From contig NZ_JANQTA010000003.1 in assembly GCF_028278985.1 (NCBI RefSeq), positions 19,295-83,294 on the forward strand: a DNA stretch of 64,000 bases. The letters are read 5' to 3'. Below are positions 37,743-47,630 of this stretch, piece after piece (positions within the stretch are counted from its first letter, which is position 1; every line of letters begins with the position of its first letter). A program made the position numbers and the translations under genes. The notes beneath the pieces were generated by a model. That model did not search any database. It had not been told where the DNA came from and saw only the letters and a program-made list of their open reading frames with translations. This DNA comes from Nitrosopumilus sp. Lineage in GTDB: Archaea > Thermoproteota > Nitrososphaeria > Nitrososphaerales > Nitrosopumilaceae.

Positions 37743-38888
37743 ATGGGAAAAGAGGATTATAATATTATTTTAATTAATTTAGATGGATTAAGAAGAGACA
37801 GAGTAGAACTTTGCTCTACATTAAATAACCTAAAAGAGGAAAATTGTTTTTTTTCAAATATGTTTACAGTGGCACCTTATACATTTGCATCATTACATGC
37901 AATTTTTTCAGGAATGTATCCATCAAGAAATGGAATGAATGCATATTATAATATTTTTAAATTTAAAAAAGATGAGATTACTACATTACCACAATTACTA
38001 CAAAATGAAGGTTACTACACATGTTGCGACATAATAAACAAAGTAGTAATTCCAAATCAAGGATTTGATGAATTAAATATATTCGATGAAGAAACAGTTG
38101 ACTTTAAGCAACGTCATAGAGACTTAATAAAAAAATTAGCAAATAAAGATAAATTCTTTTTATTTTTACATTTCACTGAAACTCATAAACATTTAGTTAG
38201 AGAAATTGTGAAAAAATACAAACAAGAATCCAATGATGATGAGTTTTTTAATTTGAAAGATGAAAACATTGAAAGATATAATTCCTATTTACCCTCATGT
38301 GATTCCTATGTTTCAGCAATTCTAGATATTTTGAAGGAATCTAAAATTGAACATAAGACAATCTTAATTTTCTTTTCTGATCATGGAACAAGTATTGGAG
38401 AGAGAAAAGGTGAAAAATTTTATGGTGTATTTACCTATGATTATACGATTAACGTTTTCTGCATTATTAAAACTCCTGAAAAATTAAACAAAAAAATCGA
38501 AGGCCAATGCCAAACTATCGATCTTTATCCAACAATTTCAGACATGTTGGGAATAAAATTAGAAGAAAACTCGATGATTCAAGGAAAATCATTGTTTAAA
38601 ATGATTGAAAATTTGGAGAATGATGAAAGAGAAGTATTTGTTGAAACTGGTGGTCTTTATGGCCCTTGGCCTTCGTCAAAAAAACACAATGTCTTTTGTC
38701 TTAGAAGTAAAATGAAAAAAATAATTTATAATGAAACACCTAATTCTTGGGAATTTTATGATTTGAAAAAAGATCCCAATGAATTACAAAATATTTATGA
38801 TGAAGAAAATAATGATGTTTTAGAATACAAAAAAAAATTAATGAAAAAATTTGAAGATAATAATATTGATTTAGGACTAAAAATTTAA
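37743..38888 (+). CDS. Sulfatase-fold/alkaline-phosphatase-superfamily hydrolase or transferase (Thr nucleophile)
   Basis: NLDGLR, APYTFAS (no CxPxR), SDHG, DLYPT, YDLKKDPNE. Confidence 0.8.
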   Translation: MGKEDYNIILINLDGLRRDRVELCSTLNNLKEENCFFSNMFTVAPYTFASLHAIFSGMYPSRNGMNAYYNIFKFKKDEITTLPQLLQNEGYYTCCDIINKVVIPNQGFDELNIFDEETVDFKQRHRDLIKKLANKDKFFLFLHFTETHKHLVREIVKKYKQESNDDEFFNLKDENIERYNSYLPSCDSYVSAILDILKESKIEHKTILIFFSDHGTSIGERKGEKFYGVFTYDYTINVFCIIKTPEKLNKKIEGQCQTIDLYPTISDMLGIKLEENSMIQGKSLFKMIENLENDEREVFVETGGLYGPWPSSKKHNVFCLRSKMKKIIYNETPNSWEFYDLKKDPNELQNIYDEENNDVLEYKKKLMKKFEDNNIDLGLKI

Positions 38889-40135
38889 TTATCAAGAAAA
38901 TTTTTTGAAATAAGATAATTCTGAACTATTTTAGAAATTAGTTGATTTCCCTTGGTATTGGGATGTCCACCATATTCATTATCATCTGAATAAAGATTAT
39001 CAAAATTAGATTCATTCAAAAAGTCCGAAGTAATATCAATTACATGTAAGTCGGATATTTTGGAAATTTGTTTAAAAAATAAATTCATAAAATTGTAATT
39101 ATTTTTAATATAGATCAAGTCATCTTTTTGAGGAATAAGAAGGAAGATAGGCGTGAAATTATGAATTTTAGAGAAATTTACAAATTCTTTAAGAATTTCA
39201 GTGAATAACTGAAGTGAATTTTTATTTTTATACAGTGATATTCTCCATTTTAGATTTATTTCCATTATAGGTTTCATAGGATTCCATTCGATAGAAGAAA
39301 TATCAGCACTGTTTCTTTTTTTAAATTGAAGTAGCAATACCCAAAATATTATTTTGAAATTTCTTTTAGAATTTTTTAATACATGAAGTATATATGGAAA
39401 TTTAATAATTTCTTTTAAAAATTTTAATTTATAAAAATAATCTTCATTTTTAATTTCATTTAAGATTTTATTTATTGAATGAAATTTTTTTGGATCATTA
39501 ACTTTGTTAGGAAGTAATTTTAAAACATTATTTTCAATTTTAAATTTTGGTTTAAAAGCAAATGTATTTCCATATTCATAGTAATGTTTCCAATAACTCA
39601 TGATTCTACTAATTGTATCTGGAACCACTCCAATAATGACAATTTTAGTAGGATTTTTTTCATATTCTCGCTTGAGTCTTAATAGACTTTGATCAATACC
39701 ATAATTTCCTACTCCAAAATTTAGAACATTAGAATTAGTTGATTTTGAAAGATAATGTTCCCATGTTTGATCATTGTTTACTTGACGACAAAAAGTAAAA
39801 GAATCTCCATAACAAGAAATATGCGATTTTTTATTATCAAAATCTGGATTAGTTCTACTCCCCAGGGAATTGATAGTCCATTTTGAAGAAATGAATGTAT
39901 TTTGATCAACGCCAGAAGTATTAGGTTTTCGAACCCAACCGAGTTCTGAATCATAGCCATGCGGAACAAATTTGTCTAATCCTTCTTCAGAAAAATGAGG
40001 ATTTTCATCTTTTGAAGTAATCATCCATTGGAAATGTTTCCTTACAAAAGTTACTAAAACGTAAAAAATAACTTCAATTAAGATGATGAAAATTACGATT
40101 AATGATATCAAATTAAAATATTCAGTCATTTGCAT
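38885..40135 (-). CDS. Membrane-anchored SGNH/GDSL hydrolase
   Basis: GDSFT, NFGVGNYG, GGHPN; N-terminal TM. Confidence 0.8.
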   Translation of the reverse strand: MQMTEYFNLISLIVIFIILIEVIFYVLVTFVRKHFQWMITSKDENPHFSEEGLDKFVPHGYDSELGWVRKPNTSGVDQNTFISSKWTINSLGSRTNPDFDNKKSHISCYGDSFTFCRQVNNDQTWEHYLSKSTNSNVLNFGVGNYGIDQSLLRLKREYEKNPTKIVIIGVVPDTISRIMSYWKHYYEYGNTFAFKPKFKIENNVLKLLPNKVNDPKKFHSINKILNEIKNEDYFYKLKFLKEIIKFPYILHVLKNSKRNFKIIFWVLLLQFKKRNSADISSIEWNPMKPIMEINLKWRISLYKNKNSLQLFTEILKEFVNFSKIHNFTPIFLLIPQKDDLIYIKNNYNFMNLFFKQISKISDLHVIDITSDFLNESNFDNLYSDDNEYGGHPNTKGNQLISKIVQNYLISKNFLDN

Positions 40136-40317
40136 TTGAGTCTAATTCCATGTTTAGAAATTATGTAAATATTTTTTATTTAATAAAGTGATGATTAATG
40201 AACGAAATTGTTGATAAATTCAGTTTCTACTAAAACATAGACAAATTTTCTTAAATATTTTCAATATATCGTTGAATATAAGGCCAAAATTTATGGAATA
40301 TCCAATTTATGGAGCAA

Positions 40318-41457
40318 AAGATGAGTTCTAAAAAAAATGTAAAACAATTTTCGTATATTGCTATAGGAAATACTATTGGAGGAGCAATTCAAGGTATTTT
40401 TTACATTGCATTTGCATTAATTTTACAACCAGAAGACTATGGATTAATGGTTTTTATCATTGCTTTAGCTGGAACGGTTTCATTATTTTCTAGATTCGGG
40501 TTACCATTTACATCTGTAGTATATAATGGAAAAAATGAGGAATTGAGAGTTAATCAATGCCATGTCCTAACTCTGATTCTTACAGGGGTTGGTGCACTAA
40601 TTTTATTGCCAATTAATCAATATGCTGCTTTACTTTGTATTGGTCTATCATTATTCGTGATAAATTTACAGGATTTGATTGGAAGAAAAAGATACAAAAA
40701 ATATTTTATTACATATATGATTAAAACTATTTCAATAATTACAATTCCATTTTTGTTATATTATTTCTTTGATATTTATGGAATAATAATTGGAATGGCA
40801 ATAGGAAATCTTTTAGGAAGTTATAATTTTATTTTTTCGTTAAAGAGAAAAATAAATGGTTTTAGAGAATTAAAATCAGATTATAAAATTCTTGTTCACA
40901 ATTTTTCAGTAGATGCATCATCAAATCTTTCAAGATCTATTGATAAAATAGTCATTGTACCTTTTTTCGGGTTAGTTCCAGTGGCACTTTATCAATTTAA
41001 TCTCCAAATAATGTTAATTGTTGGAATTTTGCCATTTGCTCTTTATTCATTTCTGTTATCAGAGGAATCAAGTGGTAAAAAACATTCCAAGATTAGTCTA
41101 TTAGTAATTTTTTCATCAATTATTATCTCAATTGCAATTGTTCTGTTTTCACCATATGTGCTAAGTGAGTTTTTCCCAAAATTTGTAGATGGGGTATTAG
41201 GATTACAAATTATTATTTTTTCAATAATTCCAATGTCAATTAATTCTATATTAAATGCAAAATTACAGGCATCAAAATCTACCAAAGTAGGCATTGCGGC
41301 AATAGCAAAAATTGTCTCATTGATATTACTATTAATCATTCTTGGAATGCAGTTTGAACTGATAGGTTTTTCTTTAGCAGTATTATGCTCAACATGTATT
41401 GAAACAATCCTCTTATCACTTTTTTATAAACAGCAAAAAAGTGCAAGTTCTATGTGA
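40318..41457 (+). CDS. Oligosaccharide flippase (Wzx-like)
   Basis: About 11-12 TM; PEDYG early loop; SIDKIVI. Confidence 0.8.
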   Translation, partial: KMSSKKNVKQFSYIAIGNTIGGAIQGIFYIAFALILQPEDYGLMVFIIALAGTVSLFSRFGLPFTSVVYNGKNEELRVNQCHVLTLILTGVGALILLPINQYAALLCIGLSLFVINLQDLIGRKRYKKYFITYMIKTISIITIPFLLYYFFDIYGIIIGMAIGNLLGSYNFIFSLKRKINGFRELKSDYKILVHNFSVDASSNLSRSIDKIVIVPFFGLVPVALYQFNLQIMLIVGILPFALYSFLLSEESSGKKHSKISLLVIFSSIIISIAIVLFSPYVLSEFFPKFVDGVLGLQIIIFSIIPMSINSILNAKLQASKSTKVGIAAIAKIVSLILLLIILGMQFELIGFSLAVLCSTCIETILLSLFYKQQKSASSM

Positions 41458-41583
41458 AAAATCAAAGAATATGTTTGTGATGTAGAAAAATAATCTCTTT
41501 TGAAGGTGTTCTTTAGTATTATCCAAAATAATTAATTTATTTAATGTAAACTATAGATATTAGATTAGGAAAAAAGAATCAAT

Positions 41584-42351
41584 ATGAAATCAGTTATTCT
41601 TGCAGGTGGATTAGGAACAAGAATTAGTGAGGAGACACATCTAAAGCCAAAACCCATGATTGAGATTGGAGGAATGCCTATGTTGTGGCATATTATGAAA
41701 ACTTACTCTGCATATGGAATTAATGATTTTGTAATTTGTTGCGGCTATAAGGGCTACATAATTAAAGAGTATTTTGCAAATTATTTTTTACATAGATCTG
41801 ATGTTACAATAGATTTAAAAAATAATCAAATGGATGTTCACCACAAATTTGCTGAACCATGGACAATAACACTTGTTGATACTGGAATTGAAACAATGAC
41901 AGGAGGAAGACTAAAGAAAGTAAAAGAATACGTTGAACAAGAAACTTTTTGTTTTACTTATGGGGATGGATTAAGTAATATTGATATAAAAAAATTAATT
42001 GAATTTCATAAAACAAAATCAAAAATTAGTACTGTTACTGCAGTACAGCCACCTGGAAGATTTGGAATGCTTGAAATAAAAAATGATGAAATTCAAAAGT
42101 TTGTAGAAAAACCAGCTGGGGATGGAGGATGGATTAATGGGGGATTTTTCGTGTTAGAACCAAATGTATTTGATTATATCAAGGATGAAAATACAATATG
42201 GGAAAGAGAGCCATTAGAACAATTAGCTAAGGAAAATCAGTTAAGCGCCTACAAACACTATGATTTTTGGCAACCACTTGATACTTTGAGAGATAAAAAT
42301 ATCTTAGATGATTTATGGGATTCAGGAAATGCTCCTTGGAAAGTTTGGTAA
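41584..42351 (+). CDS. rfbF: Glucose-1-phosphate cytidylyltransferase
   Basis: LAGGLGTRISEETHLKPKPM, VDTG..TMTGGRL, TYGDG, WINGGFF, FWQPLDTLRDK. Confidence 0.95.
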   Translation: MKSVILAGGLGTRISEETHLKPKPMIEIGGMPMLWHIMKTYSAYGINDFVICCGYKGYIIKEYFANYFLHRSDVTIDLKNNQMDVHHKFAEPWTITLVDTGIETMTGGRLKKVKEYVEQETFCFTYGDGLSNIDIKKLIEFHKTKSKISTVTAVQPPGRFGMLEIKNDEIQKFVEKPAGDGGWINGGFFVLEPNVFDYIKDENTIWEREPLEQLAKENQLSAYKHYDFWQPLDTLRDKNILDDLWDSGNAPWKVW

Positions 42352-43433
42352 TGGATAATAATTTTTGGAAGGATAAAAGAGTTCTAATTACTGGTCATAC
42401 TGGATTTAAGGGTAGTTGGCTTACAATAATTTTAAAAAAATTTGGAGCTAATGTAATTGGTTTTTCTAAAGATATTCCCACTAAACCAAGTTTATTTGAA
42501 ATTGCAGAAGTCAAAAATAATATTCAAAATATAATAGGAAATGTAAATAATCGTGACCAGATAGAGCAAGCATTTAATGAATTTAAACCAGAAATTGTTT
42601 TTCATATGGCTGCACAATCAATTGTTAGAGAATCTTACAAAAAACCATTAGAAACATTTTCGACAAACGTGTTAGGAACTGCAAATGTTTTAGAAGCTGT
42701 TAGAAATTCAAATTATGTAAAAGTTGTAATCGTCGTAACTAGTGACAAATCATACAAAGTAAAAAAAGATCATTCAAAATATTCTGAAGATGATCCTATG
42801 GGAGGATATGATCCTTACAGTAGTAGTAAAGGATGTGCAGAATTATTAACTTCTTCATATAGAAATTCATTTTTTAATCCCAGTAAATTTGATGAACACA
42901 ATGTTGCACTAGCATCTGTTAGAGCAGGAAATGTGGTAGGTGGAGGGGATTGGGGTATGGATAGATTACTACCAGACATAATTAGGGGAATTTTAAATAA
43001 ATCTAAAGTAGCAATACGAAATCCTGGTTCAACAAGACCTTGGCAATTTGTTTTGGATCCATTATTTGGATATTTGAGATTAGCTGAAAAAATGTGGCAG
43101 AGCAAAGGAGAATTTTCAGAAGGATGGAATTTTGGGCCAACTTCTGAAGAGGAACATACTGTCAAATGGATTACTGAGAATATTAAAAAACAATTTAAAG
43201 ATAAAATAAATTTTGAAATAAATTCATCAAATCAGCCTCATGAAGAAAAATATCTCAGATTAGATTGTTCAAAAGCTGAAAAAGAGCTATTATGGACAAG
43301 TAAAATGAAATTAGAAACCACGTTAAAATGGACGTTAAATTGGTACGAAGAATATATGAAAAATAGCGATATGAGAGAATTTACTGAGAGGCAGATAGAC
43401 GAATTTATTTTAATGGAAAATGAACTCACATAA
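42351..43433 (+). CDS. rfbG: CDP-glucose 4,6-dehydratase
   Basis: TGHTGFKGSW, HMAAQ, VTSDK, YSSSK, RAGNVVGGGDW, RPWQ; ATG 42351 coupled to the rfbF stop. Confidence 0.95.
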   Translation: MDNNFWKDKRVLITGHTGFKGSWLTIILKKFGANVIGFSKDIPTKPSLFEIAEVKNNIQNIIGNVNNRDQIEQAFNEFKPEIVFHMAAQSIVRESYKKPLETFSTNVLGTANVLEAVRNSNYVKVVIVVTSDKSYKVKKDHSKYSEDDPMGGYDPYSSSKGCAELLTSSYRNSFFNPSKFDEHNVALASVRAGNVVGGGDWGMDRLLPDIIRGILNKSKVAIRNPGSTRPWQFVLDPLFGYLRLAEKMWQSKGEFSEGWNFGPTSEEEHTVKWITENIKKQFKDKINFEINSSNQPHEEKYLRLDCSKAEKELLWTSKMKLETTLKWTLNWYEEYMKNSDMREFTERQIDEFILMENELT

Positions 43434-44652
43434 ATGTAGATTTTGTAACTCATCCATCAATAATGTATTTGTGGATCTGGGGATTTCACCATTATCAAAT
43501 TCATTTTTAAAAGAAAATGATTTGTCTGAGCCTGAAAAAAAATTCCCTCTTAAAGTTCTAGTTTGTCAAAAATGCTTCCTAGTACAAATTCCTGAATTTG
43601 AAACACCAGATAATATTTTTAGTGAATATGCATATTTTTCATCATATTCTAAAAATTGGTTAAATCATATACAGAATTATGTTGAAATGATTTCAAAGAA
43701 AATTAATTTAAATCAAAATAGTCTAGTTGTGGAGTTAGCAAGTAATGATGGCTACTTATTACAATTTTTTAAAGATAAAAAAATTCCAGTGTTAGGAATT
43801 GAACCAGCTGCAAATGTTGCAAAAGTTGCACAACAGAAAGGAATTGAAACAATGGTTAATTTTTTTAGTGAAAAACTTTCAGATGGACTTGTAAAAAAAA
43901 GTATTAAGGCAGATCTCATAGTTGGAAATAATGTCTTGGCTCATGTACCAAACATTAATGATTTTATAAGAGGAATGAAAAAAATTTTAAAATCTGATGG
44001 AATGATAAATATGGAATTTCCACATGTATTAGAATTAATCAAAAATAATCAATTTGATACAATTTATCATGAACACTTTTCTTATTTGTCATTAAATACA
44101 GTAAAAATGATATTTGAATTTCATAATATGACAATTTTTGACGTGGAGGAAATATCTACTCATGGAGGTTCATTACGGATATATGTAAAACATAAAGAAA
44201 ATGAAAATATTCCAATTAAAAATTCAGTAGAACTTCTTTTAAAGAAAGAAGATGAATTTGGATTGTTAGACATATCTACATATGAGAATTTTTCTCAGAA
44301 AACAAATCATATTAAAAGAAAATTAATAGATTTTTTTAATGAAGCAAAACAAAAAGGAGATAAAATTGTATGTTATGGTGCTGCAGCAAAAGGAAACACA
44401 CTACTAAATTTTTGTAAAATTGGTAAAGAGCATATAGAATATGTAGTAGATAATAATCCCTATAAGCAAGGATTGTATCTTCCAGGAACTCATCTAGAAA
44501 TTAAGGATCCCATAGAAATAAAAAATTCTAAACCAAAGTATATTGTTATTTTACCATGGAATATCAAAGATGAGATAATGAACGATATTTCATTCATACA
44601 TGAATGGGGAGGTAAATTTGTAATTCCAATTCCAGAGGTAGAAATCATATGA
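43420..44652 (+). CDS. NDP-hexose C-methyltransferase (zinc-ribbon plus SAM domain plus C-terminal domain)
   Basis: CRFC...CQKC, YAYFSS, ELASNDG, YHEH, YGAAAKG. Confidence 0.9.
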   Translation: MNSHKCRFCNSSINNVFVDLGISPLSNSFLKENDLSEPEKKFPLKVLVCQKCFLVQIPEFETPDNIFSEYAYFSSYSKNWLNHIQNYVEMISKKINLNQNSLVVELASNDGYLLQFFKDKKIPVLGIEPAANVAKVAQQKGIETMVNFFSEKLSDGLVKKSIKADLIVGNNVLAHVPNINDFIRGMKKILKSDGMINMEFPHVLELIKNNQFDTIYHEHFSYLSLNTVKMIFEFHNMTIFDVEEISTHGGSLRIYVKHKENENIPIKNSVELLLKKEDEFGLLDISTYENFSQKTNHIKRKLIDFFNEAKQKGDKIVCYGAAAKGNTLLNFCKIGKEHIEYVVDNNPYKQGLYLPGTHLEIKDPIEIKNSKPKYIVILPWNIKDEIMNDISFIHEWGGKFVIPIPEVEII

Positions 44653-45167
44653 ATTTTGTAAAAACAGAACTGCCTGGTGCGTATATAATAGAAATTGAGA
44701 AGATTTTAGATGATAGAGGATTTTTTGCAAGAACATTGGATTTGGAAAAAAATGAGGAATTAGGCATTGAATCAAACATAGTTCAATCTAGTATTTCGTA
44801 TAATGTCAAAAAAGGAACATTAAGAGGAATGCATTTTCAGATTAAACCATTTGAAGAGGCAAAATTCGTTAGGTGTACAAAAGGTAAAATTTTTGATGTT
44901 ATCATAGATCTTAGAGAGAATTCAAGTACATTTCAAAAATGGATTTCAGTAGAATTATCTGATGAGAATCATAGAATTTTGTATGTTCCAAAAGGATTTG
45001 CTCATGGTTTTCAGACATTAGTGGATAATACGGAGGTATTTTATGAAATCACACAAGTGTTTAATCCAGAATATGCTAGAGGCTTAAGATATGATAATAA
45101 AGAAATTGGAATTGAATGGCCATTGAATGTTTCAGTTATTTCAGAAAAAGATGCAAACTATGATTGA
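44649..45167 (+). CDS. rfbC: NDP-4-keto-6-deoxyhexose 3,5-epimerase (RmlC family)
   Basis: DDRGFF, TLRGMHFQ, YVPKGFAHGFQTL, ISEKD. Confidence 0.92.
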   Translation: MNFVKTELPGAYIIEIEKILDDRGFFARTLDLEKNEELGIESNIVQSSISYNVKKGTLRGMHFQIKPFEEAKFVRCTKGKIFDVIIDLRENSSTFQKWISVELSDENHRILYVPKGFAHGFQTLVDNTEVFYEITQVFNPEYARGLRYDNKEIGIEWPLNVSVISEKDANYD

Positions 45168-45211
45168 ATTTTTAATTCCCAAGAACGTTTAATTATAAAT
45201 ACACTAAAATT

Positions 45212-45949
45212 TTGAGTGTGACCAACAAAGATTTCGAAAAAAGAAATCAGAAAAAAATTAAATCAATGGTTGATGATAAAGAAATTGAGAAAATTTCAAG
45301 AAAATGGTTCAATAGAGTTTTTAGTTATGAATATTCATATCATTTTTCCTGGTTAGGAAGGCCTATTATTCAATTTCCACAGGATATGATTGCTATTCAG
45401 GAAATTATTTGGAAAACTAAACCAGACATAATAATTGAAACTGGAATTGCCCATGGGGGGTCATTGATTTTTTCAGCTTCAATTCTAGAATTAATTGGTA
45501 AAGGAAAGGTAATTGGGATAGACATTGACATAAGAAAACATAATAGAAAAGAAATAGAAAAACATCCTCTTAAAAAAAGAATTACAATGTTAGAAGGTTC
45601 TTCATTAGATGGAGAAATTTTGAAACAAGTGAAAAAACTTGTCAAAAATAAGAAAAAAATAGTTGTGTTTTTAGACTCATATCACACTCATGAACATGTA
45701 CTAAGAGAACTCGAAATGTATTCTCCATTAGTTAAAAACGGAAGTTATGTTGTAGTTTTTGATACAATGGTAGAATTTATGCCTAAAAACTCATTTCCTA
45801 ACAGACCATGGGATAAAGGAAATAATCCACATACGGCCGTAATGGATTTCCTGAAAAAAAATAAGCGTTTCAAAATAGATAAAGAAATTGAGAATAAACT
45901 ATTGATAACATCATGTCCAGATGGATTCTTAAAATGTATAAAAAGTTGA
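45212..45949 (+). CDS. CmcI (cephalosporin hydroxylase)/rhamnosyl O-methyltransferase family
   Basis: WLGRPIIQFPQD, IIETGIAHGGS, LDSYHTHEHV. Confidence 0.88.
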   Translation: MSVTNKDFEKRNQKKIKSMVDDKEIEKISRKWFNRVFSYEYSYHFSWLGRPIIQFPQDMIAIQEIIWKTKPDIIIETGIAHGGSLIFSASILELIGKGKVIGIDIDIRKHNRKEIEKHPLKKRITMLEGSSLDGEILKQVKKLVKNKKKIVVFLDSYHTHEHVLRELEMYSPLVKNGSYVVVFDTMVEFMPKNSFPNRPWDKGNNPHTAVMDFLKKNKRFKIDKEIENKLLITSCPDGFLKCIKS

Positions 45950-45996
45950 ATAGATACAAAAATTGTGAAATAGTAATGTATGTGGAGATTTAAAAA

Positions 45997-46809
45997 ATGA
46001 ATTTCTCAATTATTGGTCCCAATAGTTTTATTGGAACACATATGGCAAGTTATCTTAGAGATCAGAATATTGAATACGAGTTTATAGATCCTAATGACGA
46101 GAAAATTTTTCAGAAAAAATTAGGACATGTAATTTTTGCCATAGGTCTTACTGGAGATTTTAGAAATAGACCTTTTGACACTGTAGAATCTCATGTATGT
46201 GTTTTAAAAAAAATTTTAGAAAAATGTAAATTTGATTCATTTTTATATTTATCATCAACTCGAATTTATTTAAATTCAGATTCCACAATTGAATCAAAAC
46301 CCATTGTAGTAAACCCTCATAATTTAGATGATTTATACAATATTTCTAAAATAATGGGAGAGTCATTATGCTTAGCATCAAATTCAAGAAATATCAAAGT
46401 TGTAAGACTTTCAAATGTGATAGGAAAAAAGAATAGTCAAAATGATTTTTTATCTTCAATCATACATGATGCGGTTATAAATAAAAAAATAATTCTTCAC
46501 ACCACTCCAGAAAGTGAAAAAGATTATCTCTATATCGATGATGTTGTTCAAATTCTAGAAAAAATTGCAATTCAAGGTAAAGAAAGATTATACAATGTTG
46601 CCTACGGGGAAAATACCAAAGTTTCTGAAATAAGTACCAAAATTCAAAAAATCACAAACTGTGAACTAGACTATGACGCTAATGCAGTAAATTACTCATT
46701 TCCAAGAATAAACATTAAGAGAATTAAGGATGAATTTGATTTTAATCCATCTCCATTTTTAGATAAATTAGATGAGTTAATTAATTATGAAATAAAAAAT
46801 AATAACTAA
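45997..46809 (+). CDS. NAD-dependent epimerase/4-ketoreductase (extended SDR)
   Basis: GPNSFIG, LSSTRIY, YNISK, RLSNV, KDY. Confidence 0.82.
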   Translation: MNFSIIGPNSFIGTHMASYLRDQNIEYEFIDPNDEKIFQKKLGHVIFAIGLTGDFRNRPFDTVESHVCVLKKILEKCKFDSFLYLSSTRIYLNSDSTIESKPIVVNPHNLDDLYNISKIMGESLCLASNSRNIKVVRLSNVIGKKNSQNDFLSSIIHDAVINKKIILHTTPESEKDYLYIDDVVQILEKIAIQGKERLYNVAYGENTKVSEISTKIQKITNCELDYDANAVNYSFPRINIKRIKDEFDFNPSPFLDKLDELINYEIKNNN

Positions 46810-46914
46810 ATCTAAAGGAAATCTTATAGGGAAGTCTTACAAGAATTTTTAAAAAAAATAATTTTTTGATTCAAAAAGTATTATAACTTGTAATAAGATG
46901 TATTTTTTGTTAAT

Positions 46915-47622
46915 TTGTCATCAATGAAAAATACTTACGATGAAAATGGATATTTAATTCTTAAAGATGTTATTCCAAGAGTAAAAATTGATGAATTAAT
47001 GCAAAAAAATCTTGAAATTGTTAATCAAGTGACCCAAAAAAAATTCTTAGATCTCAATGATAAAAATTTAATAAAATTTTATGATGAACATCCTGAAATT
47101 GAAACAAAAGTCTATGAAGCTATACAAGATCAACCATGGATCACTGAATTTACAAAACAAAAAGAGATCATTCAACATGTTAAAGAAATTTTAGGTGAAG
47201 ATGTTGGAGTATTCGGTAAAGCACCATTTAGAATGGATATGCCATTCTGGACTAAAGATATGGCACATTGGCATCAAGATTTTTTTTATGTAAAGGGCAA
47301 CACAAGAGTTGTTACTGTATGGATTCCTATGCAAGATACAAAATACATACATGGTTGCATTAGCATTATGCCAAAAACTCATCACTTAGGAATCTTAGAA
47401 CATAATGTCAGAGTAGGTAGGAAAATGATTCCTCAAAGTATTTTTGAAAATGAAATTAAGTTAGTAGAAGTGAATAAAGGAGACATTGTACTATTTTCCT
47501 CATTATTATTACATAGTTCCAATATCAATTGTTCCGAACAAATTAGATATAGCATACAACCAAGATACACACCCCTAAACGAAGAAAGTGATAAGGGGAT
47601 GAAAGGAGTTATACCTGTCTAA
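46915..47622 (+). CDS. Phytanoyl-CoA dioxygenase-family Fe(II)/2OG oxygenase
   Basis: WHQD...LLHSS facial triad and terminal R. Confidence 0.88.
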   Translation: MSSMKNTYDENGYLILKDVIPRVKIDELMQKNLEIVNQVTQKKFLDLNDKNLIKFYDEHPEIETKVYEAIQDQPWITEFTKQKEIIQHVKEILGEDVGVFGKAPFRMDMPFWTKDMAHWHQDFFYVKGNTRVVTVWIPMQDTKYIHGCISIMPKTHHLGILEHNVRVGRKMIPQSIFENEIKLVEVNKGDIVLFSSLLLHSSNINCSEQIRYSIQPRYTPLNEESDKGMKGVIPV

Positions 47623-47630
47623 ACTATCGA

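Noticed and set aside
35755-45635. 23-nt match AGAAATTTTGAAACAAGTGAAAA at 35755-35777 and 45613-45635
   Set aside because: Both copies are in-frame coding (EILKQVK) in low-complexity AT-rich genes, with no element boundaries; probably chance.
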